From sequence record OZ413489.1: a DNA stretch of 64,000 nt; one strand, 5' to 3'. The position numbers and the translations under genes were made by a program. This DNA is from a phage. Shown piece by piece: positions 46,750-56,705 of the stretch. Each line of letters begins with the position of its first letter. The first letter of the stretch is position 1. The notes beneath the pieces were generated by a model. That model was not told where the DNA came from, did not search any database, and saw nothing but the letters and a program-made list of their open reading frames with translations.

Positions 46750-47533
46750 ACCTGGTCTCCAAAATGTATTGTAGTTCTTTCTTACCTATACTCTTCATTC
46801 CAGCAGTCTTACCTGCTTCTTCTTGAAAAGAAGAATAGCATTCAGCAAACACTCTGTCAACACCGTTAACTAAAGATTTTATGAAATATGTTGATTCTTC
46901 AGATTTTGGGTCATCATCCCCCAATACTTTTCCAGCATTATACCCAACACGTCTTACACAGAAGTCGTAGTCATCTGGTGTGCTAAAAGAAAATAACTTA
47001 TTCTCTCCAATCTCTACAGGATCCCTATTGCACGCCTTTTTCTCCCAAATTTGGAAAACACATGGCACGTCATAAGGTTTGCCATTAAGTAAAAACGAAT
47101 TCTTAGGGCACCTTTCGCTGTAGACAAGGTGCATCGACATGTCCAGTTTGTTTGCAAAAAATATTTTTTCAAATGTCCGTGGCAAGATGAAGGCTATAGC
47201 CCCTCCAAGCTCTAGCAATGATGCACAATGGTTAAAGAATTTGCAAGCTAAGGATGAATTCTTGCCAAATGGTGGGTTACCTATGAAGACATCTGCCTTG
47301 GGATGCACCTCCAAGAAGTTTGCCTGAATGCACGGTGTTGGTCCTTCAAATTCAGGATCTGGTACTAAATCGTACGACAGTATCTCTGAAAATAGTTTTG
47401 AAAAAGAACCCCTTCCAGCAGAAGGCTCAACGTATGCACAATTCCCATACTTATCTTTTACTTTACCAACAAGATATTCTGCATACTCAGGGTTTGTGTA
47501 GTATTTGTCGTTGGACTCTTTCTTGCTCAAAGT
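46712..47533 (-). CDS. DNA N6-adenine methyltransferase (NPPF motif)
   Basis: VEPSAGRGSF (motif I) and IGNPPFGK (motif IV); TTG start after ggagg; stem-loop gggaggc-gcaa-gcctccc just upstream. Confidence 0.65.
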   Translation of the reverse strand, partial: TLSKKESNDKYYTNPEYAEYLVGKVKDKYGNCAYVEPSAGRGSFSKLFSEILSYDLVPDPEFEGPTPCIQANFLEVHPKADVFIGNPPFGKNSSLACKFFNHCASLLELGGAIAFILPRTFEKIFFANKLDMSMHLVYSERCPKNSFLLNGKPYDVPCVFQIWEKKACNRDPVEIGENKLFSFSTPDDYDFCVRRVGYNAGKVLGDDDPKSEESTYFIKSLVNGVDRVFAECYSSFQEEAGKTAGMKSIGKKELQYILETRYDQKHRLDQRTY

Positions 47534-47575
47534 GCCTCCAAAAGGAAAAGGGAGGCGCAAGCCTCCCTATAATTG

Positions 47576-48559
47576 TTAGATTATCTGAATCAGGGTATTT
47601 TTCATTTCTTCTCTGGTTCGGATGTTGTTACGGTCACGAACAACAGATCCACAACCTTCGCAGCGGTATGTTTTAAATGCACTCAGTTGAGTATACGCCA
47701 AAGCTTCTTCCTCGTGAAGGTGTTCTCCACCACAGCGTGGGCAACGAACTTTTGGCTCCTCATCCTGGTAGTACAATGACATGTTGGGGTGCTGCTTAGC
47801 AAACGGGCGAGCCAGCAAATACAGGCCTTCCAGAGATAGGATATCGCCAACATTGTACTCCCGCATCTGTTTAAACGCCTCAAGATCACCGTGAACACAC
47901 TTGATCCACATTTCAAATGTGTGGTCAATCAGTTTCTGTCGGGCAAGTTGGAAGTATTTGCATGCATACTCCAAAGTGTTTGCATTCAAACGGAATGCCT
48001 TCTTGATCATTTTAAGGGTGTCAACCTCTTTGTAGGGGCTTGTTGGAGGCAATCCGTGAAATGCAAATCGTTGGTTGGCCCACCCACAGTCAAAACCTGA
48101 ATTGTGGGCTACTGCGACATCACATTTATCCAGATAATACCACAAATCCTGAATCAATTCGAGATCATTGTGAATATCCTCATCCCACATTTTGTAATCA
48201 GGAAGAGCGCAGTCAACCACACTAGGACTGTCTAACCACTTACCTGCGAAAGTTAGCATGTAGGGCATAATTTCAATACCACAGGTTTGAATGTTGGTCT
48301 TATAGTGCCCAAAGAACCAGCCGTTTGTTGGGGATGTCTCTGTATCATACACCCAAACTTTAGCACCTTTGTGCTCCTCAAGGAAGCGCTCCGTTGCCTC
48401 TCCTACAATCTCTGACATATTCTCTTGTGCACGTTTAAGCTGTAGTCGGATCCAGCTCTCACGTGACTCACGGCCTAAAAATTCACGAGCAATTTGTCTA
48501 TTAGTGTATCCCTGTTGCTTTAGTGTTAAAATTTGCTCAAGAGTTAACTTTGTCATCAT
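47576..48559 (-). CDS. DnaQ-like 3'-5' exonuclease with N-terminal HTH
   Basis: VWVYDTETS, VAHNSGFD and HGD exonuclease motifs; C-terminal CxxC...CxxC. Confidence 0.65.
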   Translation of the reverse strand: MMTKLTLEQILTLKQQGYTNRQIAREFLGRESRESWIRLQLKRAQENMSEIVGEATERFLEEHKGAKVWVYDTETSPTNGWFFGHYKTNIQTCGIEIMPYMLTFAGKWLDSPSVVDCALPDYKMWDEDIHNDLELIQDLWYYLDKCDVAVAHNSGFDCGWANQRFAFHGLPPTSPYKEVDTLKMIKKAFRLNANTLEYACKYFQLARQKLIDHTFEMWIKCVHGDLEAFKQMREYNVGDILSLEGLYLLARPFAKQHPNMSLYYQDEEPKVRCPRCGGEHLHEEEALAYTQLSAFKTYRCEGCGSVVRDRNNIRTREEMKNTLIQII

Positions 48560-48571
48560 CGTTAAGATTCC

Positions 48572-48793
48572 TTAGTAAAACTGAAGAATGTCTTTTAAAG
48601 CGAAGTCACGATATTCGCCCTTGTCTACATCGAAGGCACGCATCAACCACTGCTCTTCTTTATGATACTCTGTAGAGCCAAACCATAAATTAGGCTCAGT
48701 AACGCAGCGATCTGCAACAACACCTTTCCAGTTACGGTATTTCATCCTGATCAGGACTGAGTCGCAAGGATTGAATACCTTTTTCATCCCCAT
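48572..48793 (-). CDS. hypothetical protein
   Basis: 73-aa ORF; start uncertain. Confidence 0.45.
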   Translation of the reverse strand: MGMKKVFNPCDSVLIRMKYRNWKGVVADRCVTEPNLWFGSTEYHKEEQWLMRAFDVDKGEYRDFALKDILQFY

Positions 48794-49337
48794 AGAAATC
48801 TCTCTCCTCAGTTTTCTTTATAAACTCTTGCATGTAGGACTCAATAGCCTCATGCTTGGTGCACTCCGGATCAATGACAAGATTGAGATCTGATTCTGCT
48901 CGTGCAATAATCGTAGCTTTAGAGCATCTCCTCAAGAACTTTGTCATATCATCTCTGTAGTTTTTGTGGAGCGGGAAGTCGCTGTAGTCTTTCTCCAAAT
49001 AGTCAGCCATCCGGCGCAACGCCTCTGATAAACTGCAATCTGTATACTCGTTACAGTATTTCATCCAGTATTTAAGCACATACCCCTCAAAGGTATTAGT
49101 GCATTGAGACAAAACACCCCTGCAACGACCAGTCAGATGATCATGATCTAAACAAGGCTTACGAAGTGGCTCGCACAAGATCGGATCAAGACCATCCTGC
49201 TCCTCTGACAATTCTTTTCGAAAGTTGGCTATGTCCTTAGAATCTTTTAACCACCCGTTATGAACTGGGGCTTTGACAGCTTTCTTTCTTATTTTACGCT
49301 TTGCGATAATCCCTCCAGATGAGCCCTGCCTATCCAA
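48732..49337 (-). CDS. endonuclease VII-like Holliday junction resolvase
   Basis: CLDHDHLTGRCRGVLSQCTN matches the T4 gp49 HLDHDHxxG...RGLLCxxCN signature. Confidence 0.7.
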   Translation of the reverse strand: MDRQGSSGGIIAKRKIRKKAVKAPVHNGWLKDSKDIANFRKELSEEQDGLDPILCEPLRKPCLDHDHLTGRCRGVLSQCTNTFEGYVLKYWMKYCNEYTDCSLSEALRRMADYLEKDYSDFPLHKNYRDDMTKFLRRCSKATIIARAESDLNLVIDPECTKHEAIESYMQEFIKKTEERDFYGDEKGIQSLRLSPDQDEIP

Positions 49338-49918
49338 TAAGCATCTGCGAGATCGGCCTTACCTTGTACCAAATTGATCCCGTCTAGGAACCCAGGTTCA
49401 GATACTTCGCAGGCCTTAACCATCAACTTTTTATCCATTGTAACAGGTTTCTTCACAGTATGCTCTTTACCTGTCTTTTTGTCAAGCTTTTTCTTCTCCT
49501 CAAAAGCAAGTTCTTCAGGAAGATGACTACGAGCAAACTTTTTGGCAGTTGTTGGTGTCACTGTGTGGACCTTAAACAGGCCGTCATTTTCACAATCAGC
49601 TAAGGCATCCCAAAGCATAATTTCAAGACCGTAAAACAACCCAGCCAGTTCACGTGTGGCATCCCCGCGTGATCCAAAGGAAAGCCCTTCCATAACCACG
49701 GTGTCAACGTGATGCGTGTGGATATAATATCTGACCTGTTTGCAGATCCAGTCAATACGCTCAGCAGCTGTTGCAAAAGAAACCGTCCCTGGTTTCTTCT
49801 CTTTTGCAGATGAGCTTTGAGTTCGTAACACAACCTTATGAACAGGCTTTCCATCGTCCCATACAACGCAAGCTGTGTGTGTCAACGACTGGTCTATGGA
49901 TAATAGACGCTCTCTCAT
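49289..49918 (-). CDS. RuvC-like resolvase/nuclease (putative)
   Basis: N-terminal LLSIDQSLTHTACVVWD and later VMEGLSFG resemble RuvC/YqgF folds; weak. Confidence 0.45.
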   Translation of the reverse strand: MRERLLSIDQSLTHTACVVWDDGKPVHKVVLRTQSSSAKEKKPGTVSFATAAERIDWICKQVRYYIHTHHVDTVVMEGLSFGSRGDATRELAGLFYGLEIMLWDALADCENDGLFKVHTVTPTTAKKFARSHLPEELAFEEKKKLDKKTGKEHTVKKPVTMDKKLMVKACEVSEPGFLDGINLVQGKADLADAYWIGRAHLEGLSQSVK

Positions 49919-50250
49919 ACTTCCTCATCCTCCTCTCCTTCATCAGGAGCATAAGCCTTATCTTTGAACAAGACGAGAGAGCAAAGCTTAACATCTGTTT
50001 CCACACTGGTGAACATGCATAACCGCTCGCCCTCAATCAGTTCACAATCCTCTTTTAAAACAGCAGACCATACACGGTCATCTGCGTAATCATCAGTGTA
50101 CAGGATGTATGAAATGGTGTCATCTTCATACAACCGCCACATACCTGTGGCAACAACGAATGTATTTTTTGTTTTAAGTGTCCCTGTTGTATGATCATCC
50201 TCAAAAACAGCTTCCATAATTGCACTATCTACAGAATTTTTAGTCATCAA
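49915..50250 (-). CDS. hypothetical acidic protein
   Basis: 111-aa ORF. Confidence 0.55.
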   Translation of the reverse strand: MMTKNSVDSAIMEAVFEDDHTTGTLKTKNTFVVATGMWRLYEDDTISYILYTDDYADDRVWSAVLKEDCELIEGERLCMFTSVETDVKLCSLVLFKDKAYAPDEGEEDEEV

Positions 50251-51386
50251 ATTGCTCCAACATTTCTAAGAACGTTAACAAGTTTTGTTTGATCATTGAA
50301 TGTTCGCTTCATATACAAACAGTCAAAAATTATACTCATCCATTGACCTACGGAAATTCTACGATCAACACCATTGAAGTCAGTATACTTAACAACACCT
50401 TTCGGGAACCACTTCTTGTACTGATCAATAATAGCCACCCACATCTCCTTTGGAGTGCTGCACTGAGACAGTAGGTAGAATGCTGAGGCATCTCCGAACT
50501 TACCCTTACCGATAAGTCCCTGATACGGCTTGATGTTGTCAGCAGAGTCACCACACAGCATTTGGTATCCGAAGAACAGCATTCCGTAACCACCAACCTC
50601 TCCATTAGGCTTCATGAAGATGTTCCCCATACCGTTATCGATCAGCATAGGGGTTTCTCTTACAAAATCTCCCTTATCGTTTCGCATGGGATCGAACACA
50701 AGCCCCGGTAGTGTTCTTTGGTCCTTATCAATAGAGATAATAAACTTGTTGAACTTACCTGTTTTTTGGTAGTGGTTCCAACCTTCAAATTGCTGGATAG
50801 CTAACCAGTCGTCAGCCTCGATACCGTTGATCACTTGAGCATTATACTGCTTTTGGAGATACTGTCTTGCATCTCCAAGCAGCAGTGGTCGAAGAGTATT
50901 GTTACGGTTGGCTTTATATCTTTCCGGCATGGGAAGATCTAGTCTGAAATTACCTGTGCCTCCAAGTACCCCCACGCACCGATCTTCCGGAATACCGAGA
51001 TAATTAAGGACTGCATTAGCTTTACACTTAATTGTGTGCAAGCAGTTCTCTACAGGATCAGGGGTTTGGATATCCAAGACATCGAAATCTTCTCGTGTCC
51101 ACGGAATAAACTCCTTGCCAGCCTTTTTACATGCAGCTTCACGGTTGGTATTCTCAGCTTTTAACCAACCACCAACGGTGTTCTTCTGCCGCCCCCAGAA
51201 CTCTGTTCGTGTTTTAAACATCTTCTTACGTCCGGAGGCTTTGTGTGTTACCTCAATTGTCCTTTTTTCACAACTTGCTGCAGCTTGATATGCAACCTGA
51301 TCGAAGTCATAATAAACTATAGCGTCAGGTTCAAGAAGATCAGCCAGACAATCTATGGACTCAATAAGTGGATATTCTCTACTCAA
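50247..51386 (-). CDS. FEN-family 5'-3' exonuclease / RNase H-like protein
   Basis: GIEADD and GDSADNIKPY acidic motifs. Confidence 0.6.
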   Translation of the reverse strand: MSREYPLIESIDCLADLLEPDAIVYYDFDQVAYQAAASCEKRTIEVTHKASGRKKMFKTRTEFWGRQKNTVGGWLKAENTNREAACKKAGKEFIPWTREDFDVLDIQTPDPVENCLHTIKCKANAVLNYLGIPEDRCVGVLGGTGNFRLDLPMPERYKANRNNTLRPLLLGDARQYLQKQYNAQVINGIEADDWLAIQQFEGWNHYQKTGKFNKFIISIDKDQRTLPGLVFDPMRNDKGDFVRETPMLIDNGMGNIFMKPNGEVGGYGMLFFGYQMLCGDSADNIKPYQGLIGKGKFGDASAFYLLSQCSTPKEMWVAIIDQYKKWFPKGVVKYTDFNGVDRRISVGQWMSIIFDCLYMKRTFNDQTKLVNVLRNVGAI

Positions 51387-51687
51387 AGACCCTCCTGTTA
51401 GTTATTCTGCAAGATGGTTGGATGCTGTAATGGAAGGCATCATCACTCTCTGCAATAAGTGACTCAACATCCCAATACTTTTCAAAAAGGAACGGATTAG
51501 ACCCCCAGTGGTGGGTTATTTTCATCAAGGAGTCTGGTATCATATAACCACAGATCTTAATTACATCGCCAGGTTGAATTGTGTTTTCATGAAGGTTGCT
51601 TGCCTTCTTCAGAATCATACCTTTATGATTCTCGTTTGCATACAACTGGACAATATCTTTATCTTCAACAATAAAAATTTTAAGCAT
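51379..51687 (-). CDS. hypothetical protein
   Basis: 102-aa ORF. Confidence 0.55.
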   Translation of the reverse strand: MLKIFIVEDKDIVQLYANENHKGMILKKASNLHENTIQPGDVIKICGYMIPDSLMKITHHWGSNPFLFEKYWDVESLIAESDDAFHYSIQPSCRITNRRVFE

Positions 51688-51746
51688 ATCTAGTTCTCCT
51701 AGTTTATAGATATCTTACCGATAATATCAGATTAATAACACTTTTG

Positions 51747-52040
51747 TCAAGACTTTTTAGTCTTTCTTGGAGAGCTTTTTGTTGATCTTTTCCTTTTGTG
51801 GTAGATTCCAAGTGCAGCGTTTTCTTGGGCGCACGTTTTAACAGTTCTCAGACAAGAACTTTCAGCTTTAGGCAGGTTTAACTCCCACCAACCAAGCCAG
51901 TAAAGTTCTGATTCAGACAACTGCTCAGATTCAGCCTTCCGATACAAGGCTTGCATACCTCTGATGATATCGTCCAGAGGTGTATCGAATACAAAAGCTG
52001 TCTTATCGAATTTCTCTTTTACAGGTTTCTTAGCCATCAA
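51747..52040 (-). CDS. hypothetical protein
   Basis: 97-aa ORF, basic C-terminus. Confidence 0.55.
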   Translation of the reverse strand: MMAKKPVKEKFDKTAFVFDTPLDDIIRGMQALYRKAESEQLSESELYWLGWWELNLPKAESSCLRTVKTCAQENAALGIYHKRKRSTKSSPRKTKKS

Positions 52041-52494
52041 GGTAACCCTCTATCCACGAAAAGTCAGTCTTCCACTCTGGAACTTTACTAAGCTCACGCC
52101 ACTCTGCAAAGCAGTCTCGGTAATACTCCTCTGCCATACCTTTGGTGATCTTATTCACCTTAGCCAACTGATTAACTGCCTGAGCATACTTTCCACGGAT
52201 ATTTGCTAACCCAGGGTGCACCGATGTGTGACAATCCGGGCACAACGCTATCAGTCCGACAAGCCGGATCACTCCCTCTTCGAAAGTGTAAAGTTCATGA
52301 CACTCCACTGGGTGTTTGCTGCCTTTACCGCCGCACACCTCACAGGTGTAGTTGGCTTCTCTATAGCACTTCTTGCGGATCTTATCCCACTCACTCTTCT
52401 TTACAGCGTTTCGGAGGTTATTATACCAAGCTGTTTCTGGGATCAGTTGCACAATAAGCCTGCGTTCAGACTTCATTAAACGTCCGTCTTCCAC
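52030..52494 (-). CDS. HNH-like endonuclease (putative)
   Basis: CEVCGG...HPVECHE...CPDCHTSVH arrangement. Confidence 0.5.
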   Translation of the reverse strand: MEDGRLMKSERRLIVQLIPETAWYNNLRNAVKKSEWDKIRKKCYREANYTCEVCGGKGSKHPVECHELYTFEEGVIRLVGLIALCPDCHTSVHPGLANIRGKYAQAVNQLAKVNKITKGMAEEYYRDCFAEWRELSKVPEWKTDFSWIEGYLDG

Positions 52495-52503
52495 GTATCC
52501 TCC

Positions 52504-52710
52504 TCATTCAAAGAAATGGGTACGAGGGCAGGAACCTGCCTCTCCTTGTTTCACAAGTTCGTAGAGCTCACCTTGGCTTGTCTCATAAAGGCAAATACGT
52601 TTACCATTGTCCCGATATACATCGACAAGATACGCTGTTTCACCTGCAAACACTACACCACAGGCCAGACATGCCGCCATGAACAAAATTGCCAACAGAA
52701 AATCTTTCAT
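52504..52710 (-). CDS. small secreted protein or lipoprotein (68 aa)
   Basis: Signal peptide MKDFLLAILFMAACLACGVVFA with possible lipobox Cys; downstream of endolysin. Confidence 0.5.
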   Translation of the reverse strand: MKDFLLAILFMAACLACGVVFAGETAYLVDVYRDNGKRICLYETSQGELYELVKQGEAGSCPRTHFFE

Positions 52711-52778
52711 GGTTAAACCCTCTCAAACATTTTATGAGGTGACAATACCACGTCCGTGTGGTTATGTCAATGATACTG

Positions 52779-53477
52779 TTACAAGCTTTCAGTAAGAGCC
52801 TTTGCGTAACACGCTTCAGCAGACTCTTTGGTGTCAAACCTGCCTAACGTTTTTCCTCTGAAAGTTACTTTCCATTTGCCCCTGTCTGCTTCAAATCTGA
52901 CACCTCTAGATTTATCCCTCCCTAAAGGCTGTCCACGATATTCCCTGACAAACGTGCCACTTTCAAAAGACTTTTGAGCAGCAATGGCCTCTTCTAAGGT
53001 ATCGTATTCTCCTAAATCTTTCTTATAGTAATGACCTACCTTACCAAAAGCAGCATACCTTCCAGATCTAGCATGAAAATATACACCCAAATGTCCAGTA
53101 TTGGATTTAGGTATCTTGCGTGCCAGGCATCCGTCATCTGCCGCCTTTTTTGCATTTTCTTCTGGTGTTAACAGTTGTAGGTTTTCTACCCTATCATCCG
53201 CAACACCATCGGAATAGAAAAGTGGCTTTATGTGATCAACTTCGTACCCTTCTGGGATTGGTCCATAGTGCATCTCCCACACCAATCTATGCCTGTAGTA
53301 ATGCACGCCACAATAGACTATATCCCTGTACCCGTCCATGTTAGTACATCCAGCCTCCTTTCCCAGTAGTTGAGGTTTGTTTTTTGGCGGGGACTTCCAA
53401 AACAACCTTCCAGTTCCTGTATCGTATCTAAAGACACTCCACCAGTTAATCCCGTTACTCATCTGTAACAACTCCAC
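52779..53477 (-). CDS. HNH homing endonuclease with AP2-like DNA-binding domain
   Basis: GYEVDHIKP...NLQLLTPEEN HNH core; C-terminal AP2-like segment; overlaps endolysin 3' end. Confidence 0.7.
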   Translation of the reverse strand: MELLQMSNGINWWSVFRYDTGTGRLFWKSPPKNKPQLLGKEAGCTNMDGYRDIVYCGVHYYRHRLVWEMHYGPIPEGYEVDHIKPLFYSDGVADDRVENLQLLTPEENAKKAADDGCLARKIPKSNTGHLGVYFHARSGRYAAFGKVGHYYKKDLGEYDTLEEAIAAQKSFESGTFVREYRGQPLGRDKSRGVRFEADRGKWKVTFRGKTLGRFDTKESAEACYAKALTESL

Positions 53478-53943
53478 CTGCCTTCTTAAAGATATCCAGC
53501 ATCTTGTCTATACTTTCTGCTCGCTGATTGTACAGCTTTCCAGCTCCTGGCGGTGGTGGGAAGCTTGCCCAGCGGCTGCGGCATTTATAAATGGCCTGAT
53601 GAATACGCCCTTCGTCAATGTCAGCGAGAGCCTTGCACTCACGGATCAGTTGCAACGCAATCTTGTCCTGACTGGCAGGGCCAAAATCTGGTAATCCTAA
53701 CTGTTTCATGTAGTGTTTAGCAAACTTCTCCAAAACCTGGTAACGACCAGCAGCGGAGGAGGTAAGTTTAGCATTTAGCTTAACGTAAACACCTGGATGC
53801 TTGCTGTAATCGCTGAACAGCTTGCCGCCGACTATGACATCGTACCCCCGATCCTTGGTAGGTTGTCTACCATTATCTGTTCCTTCCGAATATGCGATCA
53901 TATCCAAGAAAGCTTTTCGTTGAACATTTTTATCAAGTTTCAT
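53455..53943 (-). CDS. endolysin, lambda R-like
   Basis: NVQRKAFLDMIAYSEGTDNGRQPTKDRGYDVIVGG aligns by eye with phage lambda R. Confidence 0.8.
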   Translation of the reverse strand: MKLDKNVQRKAFLDMIAYSEGTDNGRQPTKDRGYDVIVGGKLFSDYSKHPGVYVKLNAKLTSSAAGRYQVLEKFAKHYMKQLGLPDFGPASQDKIALQLIRECKALADIDEGRIHQAIYKCRSRWASFPPPPGAGKLYNQRAESIDKMLDIFKKAGGVVTDE

Positions 53944-54067
53944 TTTTCATACTCTCCAGTTTGCTCATAACTAACCCGATCAACAACACTGCATAGTGTG
54001 GTTATGTAGGTGCCAATTGAAAAACCATCATTCAATTGGCTACCGTTACCTACTAAACCATCCTACA

Positions 54068-55351
54068 TCATTCCAGAACCTCCCAAGTGTCTGGGTCAAC
54101 ATTTCGGACGCAGATACCGACAGGGAATTGGTAGTTGTTGTCTTCTGTCCTTGATTGATATTTGAAGGTGACAAACTTGCCGATCATTTCCTGCATCCTG
54201 TCATAGCTACGCTCCTCGTGCGTGCCTTTCATCTTCATTTTAACAATAACACCTTCCTTGTCAACACAGATAAGAACACCTTCATCATTCTTATCTTTCT
54301 CAACGTCAATAACTTTCACCTCTGCGTCGTTGAACTTTTTCCATTTCAATGCTTCAGATGTTCGCTGACCGTACTCGTATTTACCGCAGAAATTACGCAT
54401 GATAGTACCTTCATATCCTTCGGACATGAATATACCAACAGATTCTTCGCAATGATCAACTGTGTACGCAAGCTCTGCGTCAACAACCTTGATATGGTCA
54501 AGCATCAGAGTGGTAACGGTATCCTCTGCATCCATAAGATCCTTGCAGCGTCCAGACTCTGTTTCTGGATCCCACCACACCTTGTCGCTAGGAATATCAA
54601 AAATGTGATACTCCAGATCGTAGCTACAGTACCCACCGTAACGCAAATCATCACGAACAGGCTCAACATCGACAGGAATATCTACCTTGTTGAAGTTTTT
54701 GTATGTTGATAAGCCTGCCTTAATTGCTGCATGACGGCGTTTTTTATCTGCCTCATAGTCTTTATCGATCTCGGCCTGAATTTCTTCCTGTGTGCGCCAC
54801 CGTTTAGCAAGAGACACTATTTTCTGCAGAGGAAGACCATGAATATAGAGCTCTCCGTCGAGCTGTTTAATCCCGGTGGTTAGGTGGAAAGAGCGAAGTT
54901 GCTCCAGAAGCTTTCCTTGAATAGGGTAGGACTTATTACCACGGGAAATAAATTTAGGCTCACCATTTTGGAAAACAACAAGCAGACGAAGGCCATCTAA
55001 CTTACGCAAGATCCAGCAAGGTAATTTAAGTGCCTTGCCACGCTTCAGGTAGTCATGCACCAGCATGGGTAAAAGATCAACACCCTGCTCGCAATCTTCC
55101 ATGTTTTCAACATACCCCAGACGGACTTGTTTTTCCCACTTGCTGATAGCCTCAAGCTCGGCCTGTTGCTCAGCTGTAGTCTCGTTGGCACGACCTACGT
55201 TCTTAGGTGTGCATACCGTCTCTTTGTACTGCAGTTTACCATCAAGCTTGCCAAACTCTACGATAACCTTATCACCATCCGTGAATACTTTCCACTGTTG
55301 GTAGCTGCCATCTTTATTCAGTGCGTACAGTGTTGTTTTGATCTGATGCAT
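54068..55351 (-). CDS. ATP-dependent DNA ligase (putative)
   Basis: Motif I KxDGxR (RKLDGLR); 427 aa; ligase versus other nucleotidyltransferase not fully resolved. Confidence 0.6.
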   Translation of the reverse strand: MHQIKTTLYALNKDGSYQQWKVFTDGDKVIVEFGKLDGKLQYKETVCTPKNVGRANETTAEQQAELEAISKWEKQVRLGYVENMEDCEQGVDLLPMLVHDYLKRGKALKLPCWILRKLDGLRLLVVFQNGEPKFISRGNKSYPIQGKLLEQLRSFHLTTGIKQLDGELYIHGLPLQKIVSLAKRWRTQEEIQAEIDKDYEADKKRRHAAIKAGLSTYKNFNKVDIPVDVEPVRDDLRYGGYCSYDLEYHIFDIPSDKVWWDPETESGRCKDLMDAEDTVTTLMLDHIKVVDAELAYTVDHCEESVGIFMSEGYEGTIMRNFCGKYEYGQRTSEALKWKKFNDAEVKVIDVEKDKNDEGVLICVDKEGVIVKMKMKGTHEERSYDRMQEMIGKFVTFKYQSRTEDNNYQFPVGICVRNVDPDTWEVLE

Positions 55352-55620
55352 TACTCGGCCTCTTCCTTAAAAATTTTAAACATCTCTTCTTTACTCATTA
55401 CCAACCAGTCTCCCATAAAGTCAACTAGCCAATCTCCCTGGTACAAGACAAGGTTACCAAAAGGCTCGACAAGCTCACACATGCGACGAAGATCTCTGGT
55501 CCGAACAGGTGACGATGTAAACACACCTGTATCAATCCACCGTTGCAGATCAGATACTGATGAAGAGCTTCCGTCAAACTGATGTGCTTCTACAGGTTTA
55601 GCAAGATTAAATAACGGCAT
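55351..55620 (-). CDS. hypothetical protein
   Basis: 89-aa ORF. Confidence 0.55.
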   Translation of the reverse strand: MPLFNLAKPVEAHQFDGSSSSVSDLQRWIDTGVFTSSPVRTRDLRRMCELVEPFGNLVLYQGDWLVDFMGDWLVMSKEEMFKIFKEEAE

Positions 55621-55945
55621 TGCAGTCCTCCTTCTGTAGTAGGTCTTTTATAGGATAAACAAGTAAGTGTGGGTCGTAATAACGTATAGTCCTATTCTGC
55701 CACACTATGAACTTTATTACAACCAAATTTACAATATCTTTATCACCATGTAGCCCAACACACACATTTGTCCATATTTTGTGGTTGAAGACCTTGCTAT
55801 CGATGTAGATTTTAGTGTCAAACTTATCCTCCATTCTACCAATAAGTTTAACCAACTCTTTCATCTGATCCCCAAACACAGCATCGTTTTCAAGATCTCT
55901 AGAGTGCTTGTACATAACTATCTGCCTCACTTGCATACTTTCCAC
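55607..55945 (-). CDS. hypothetical protein
   Basis: 112-aa ORF. Confidence 0.55.
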   Translation of the reverse strand: MESMQVRQIVMYKHSRDLENDAVFGDQMKELVKLIGRMEDKFDTKIYIDSKVFNHKIWTNVCVGLHGDKDIVNLVVIKFIVWQNRTIRYYDPHLLVYPIKDLLQKEDCNAVI

Positions 55946-55978
55946 AACAAGTAAAGCCGGGTAATCCCGGCTATGTTG

Positions 55979-56692
55979 TTAAATATACTCTGTTACATCC
56001 TTGAAGCTCGAAGGCTTCATGATCTTACCTTTACTGTCAAGGAATATGATAACTTTATTACCGTTGTAGAATTCTTCCTTAGCAACAAAACCTTCATATC
56101 GACCATCAAAGCGTCGTTCAAGATCTTTAATCTCCAACTCGATGAGTTGTTCAGCAGGCATATCTGCACTGGCACCGTGTGAATACCGTAGATGGTTGAC
56201 CCGTGCAAACTTGCTGTCATTCGATTTGAGAACCTTACGCATCATCCCGCACACATCGCCGCGAAGCTGGAACAGCAAAGCTGTTGACAACTCTGCTAAG
56301 CGGTAAGCGGATGCTCTTTGCTTAGAGGTGTTTTTCGCAGCGATCAGTGTATCATAGAACTCACCGATCTTGAACTTAAGACCTCGTGGATTATCAAACA
56401 GGTTTGACCACTTTTCGTGATTGTCATTAACAAGATAAGCGGCATAACTTGTGACAACGTGAAGATCGCAGGCCTCTTTTAGCAGGTGATCTCCACCATC
56501 CCCTTTCTCCAGCTCTTCCAAAACTTCATTGAACTCTTCCTCAATGAAGCTAAGCTGTAATTCGAACGGTATGTATGATTTTTTCACTTTAGCTGCCACA
56601 CGGTTCCAGTTTTCCACCCAGTTGGCAGACCAAAGGTAGTTTTCAGGTTGGGACAGTTTTTCCAGGTTGTCAATTAATTTGGTATTCAGCAT
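55979..56692 (-). CDS. hypothetical protein, possible MazG-like NTP pyrophosphohydrolase
   Basis: EEEFNEVLEELEKGD...LLKEACDL resembles the MazG EExxE...D pattern; weak. Confidence 0.35.
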   Translation of the reverse strand: MLNTKLIDNLEKLSQPENYLWSANWVENWNRVAAKVKKSYIPFELQLSFIEEEFNEVLEELEKGDGGDHLLKEACDLHVVTSYAAYLVNDNHEKWSNLFDNPRGLKFKIGEFYDTLIAAKNTSKQRASAYRLAELSTALLFQLRGDVCGMMRKVLKSNDSKFARVNHLRYSHGASADMPAEQLIELEIKDLERRFDGRYEGFVAKEEFYNGNKVIIFLDSKGKIMKPSSFKDVTEYI

Positions 56693-56705
56693 TAAAGGTC
56701 TCCTT

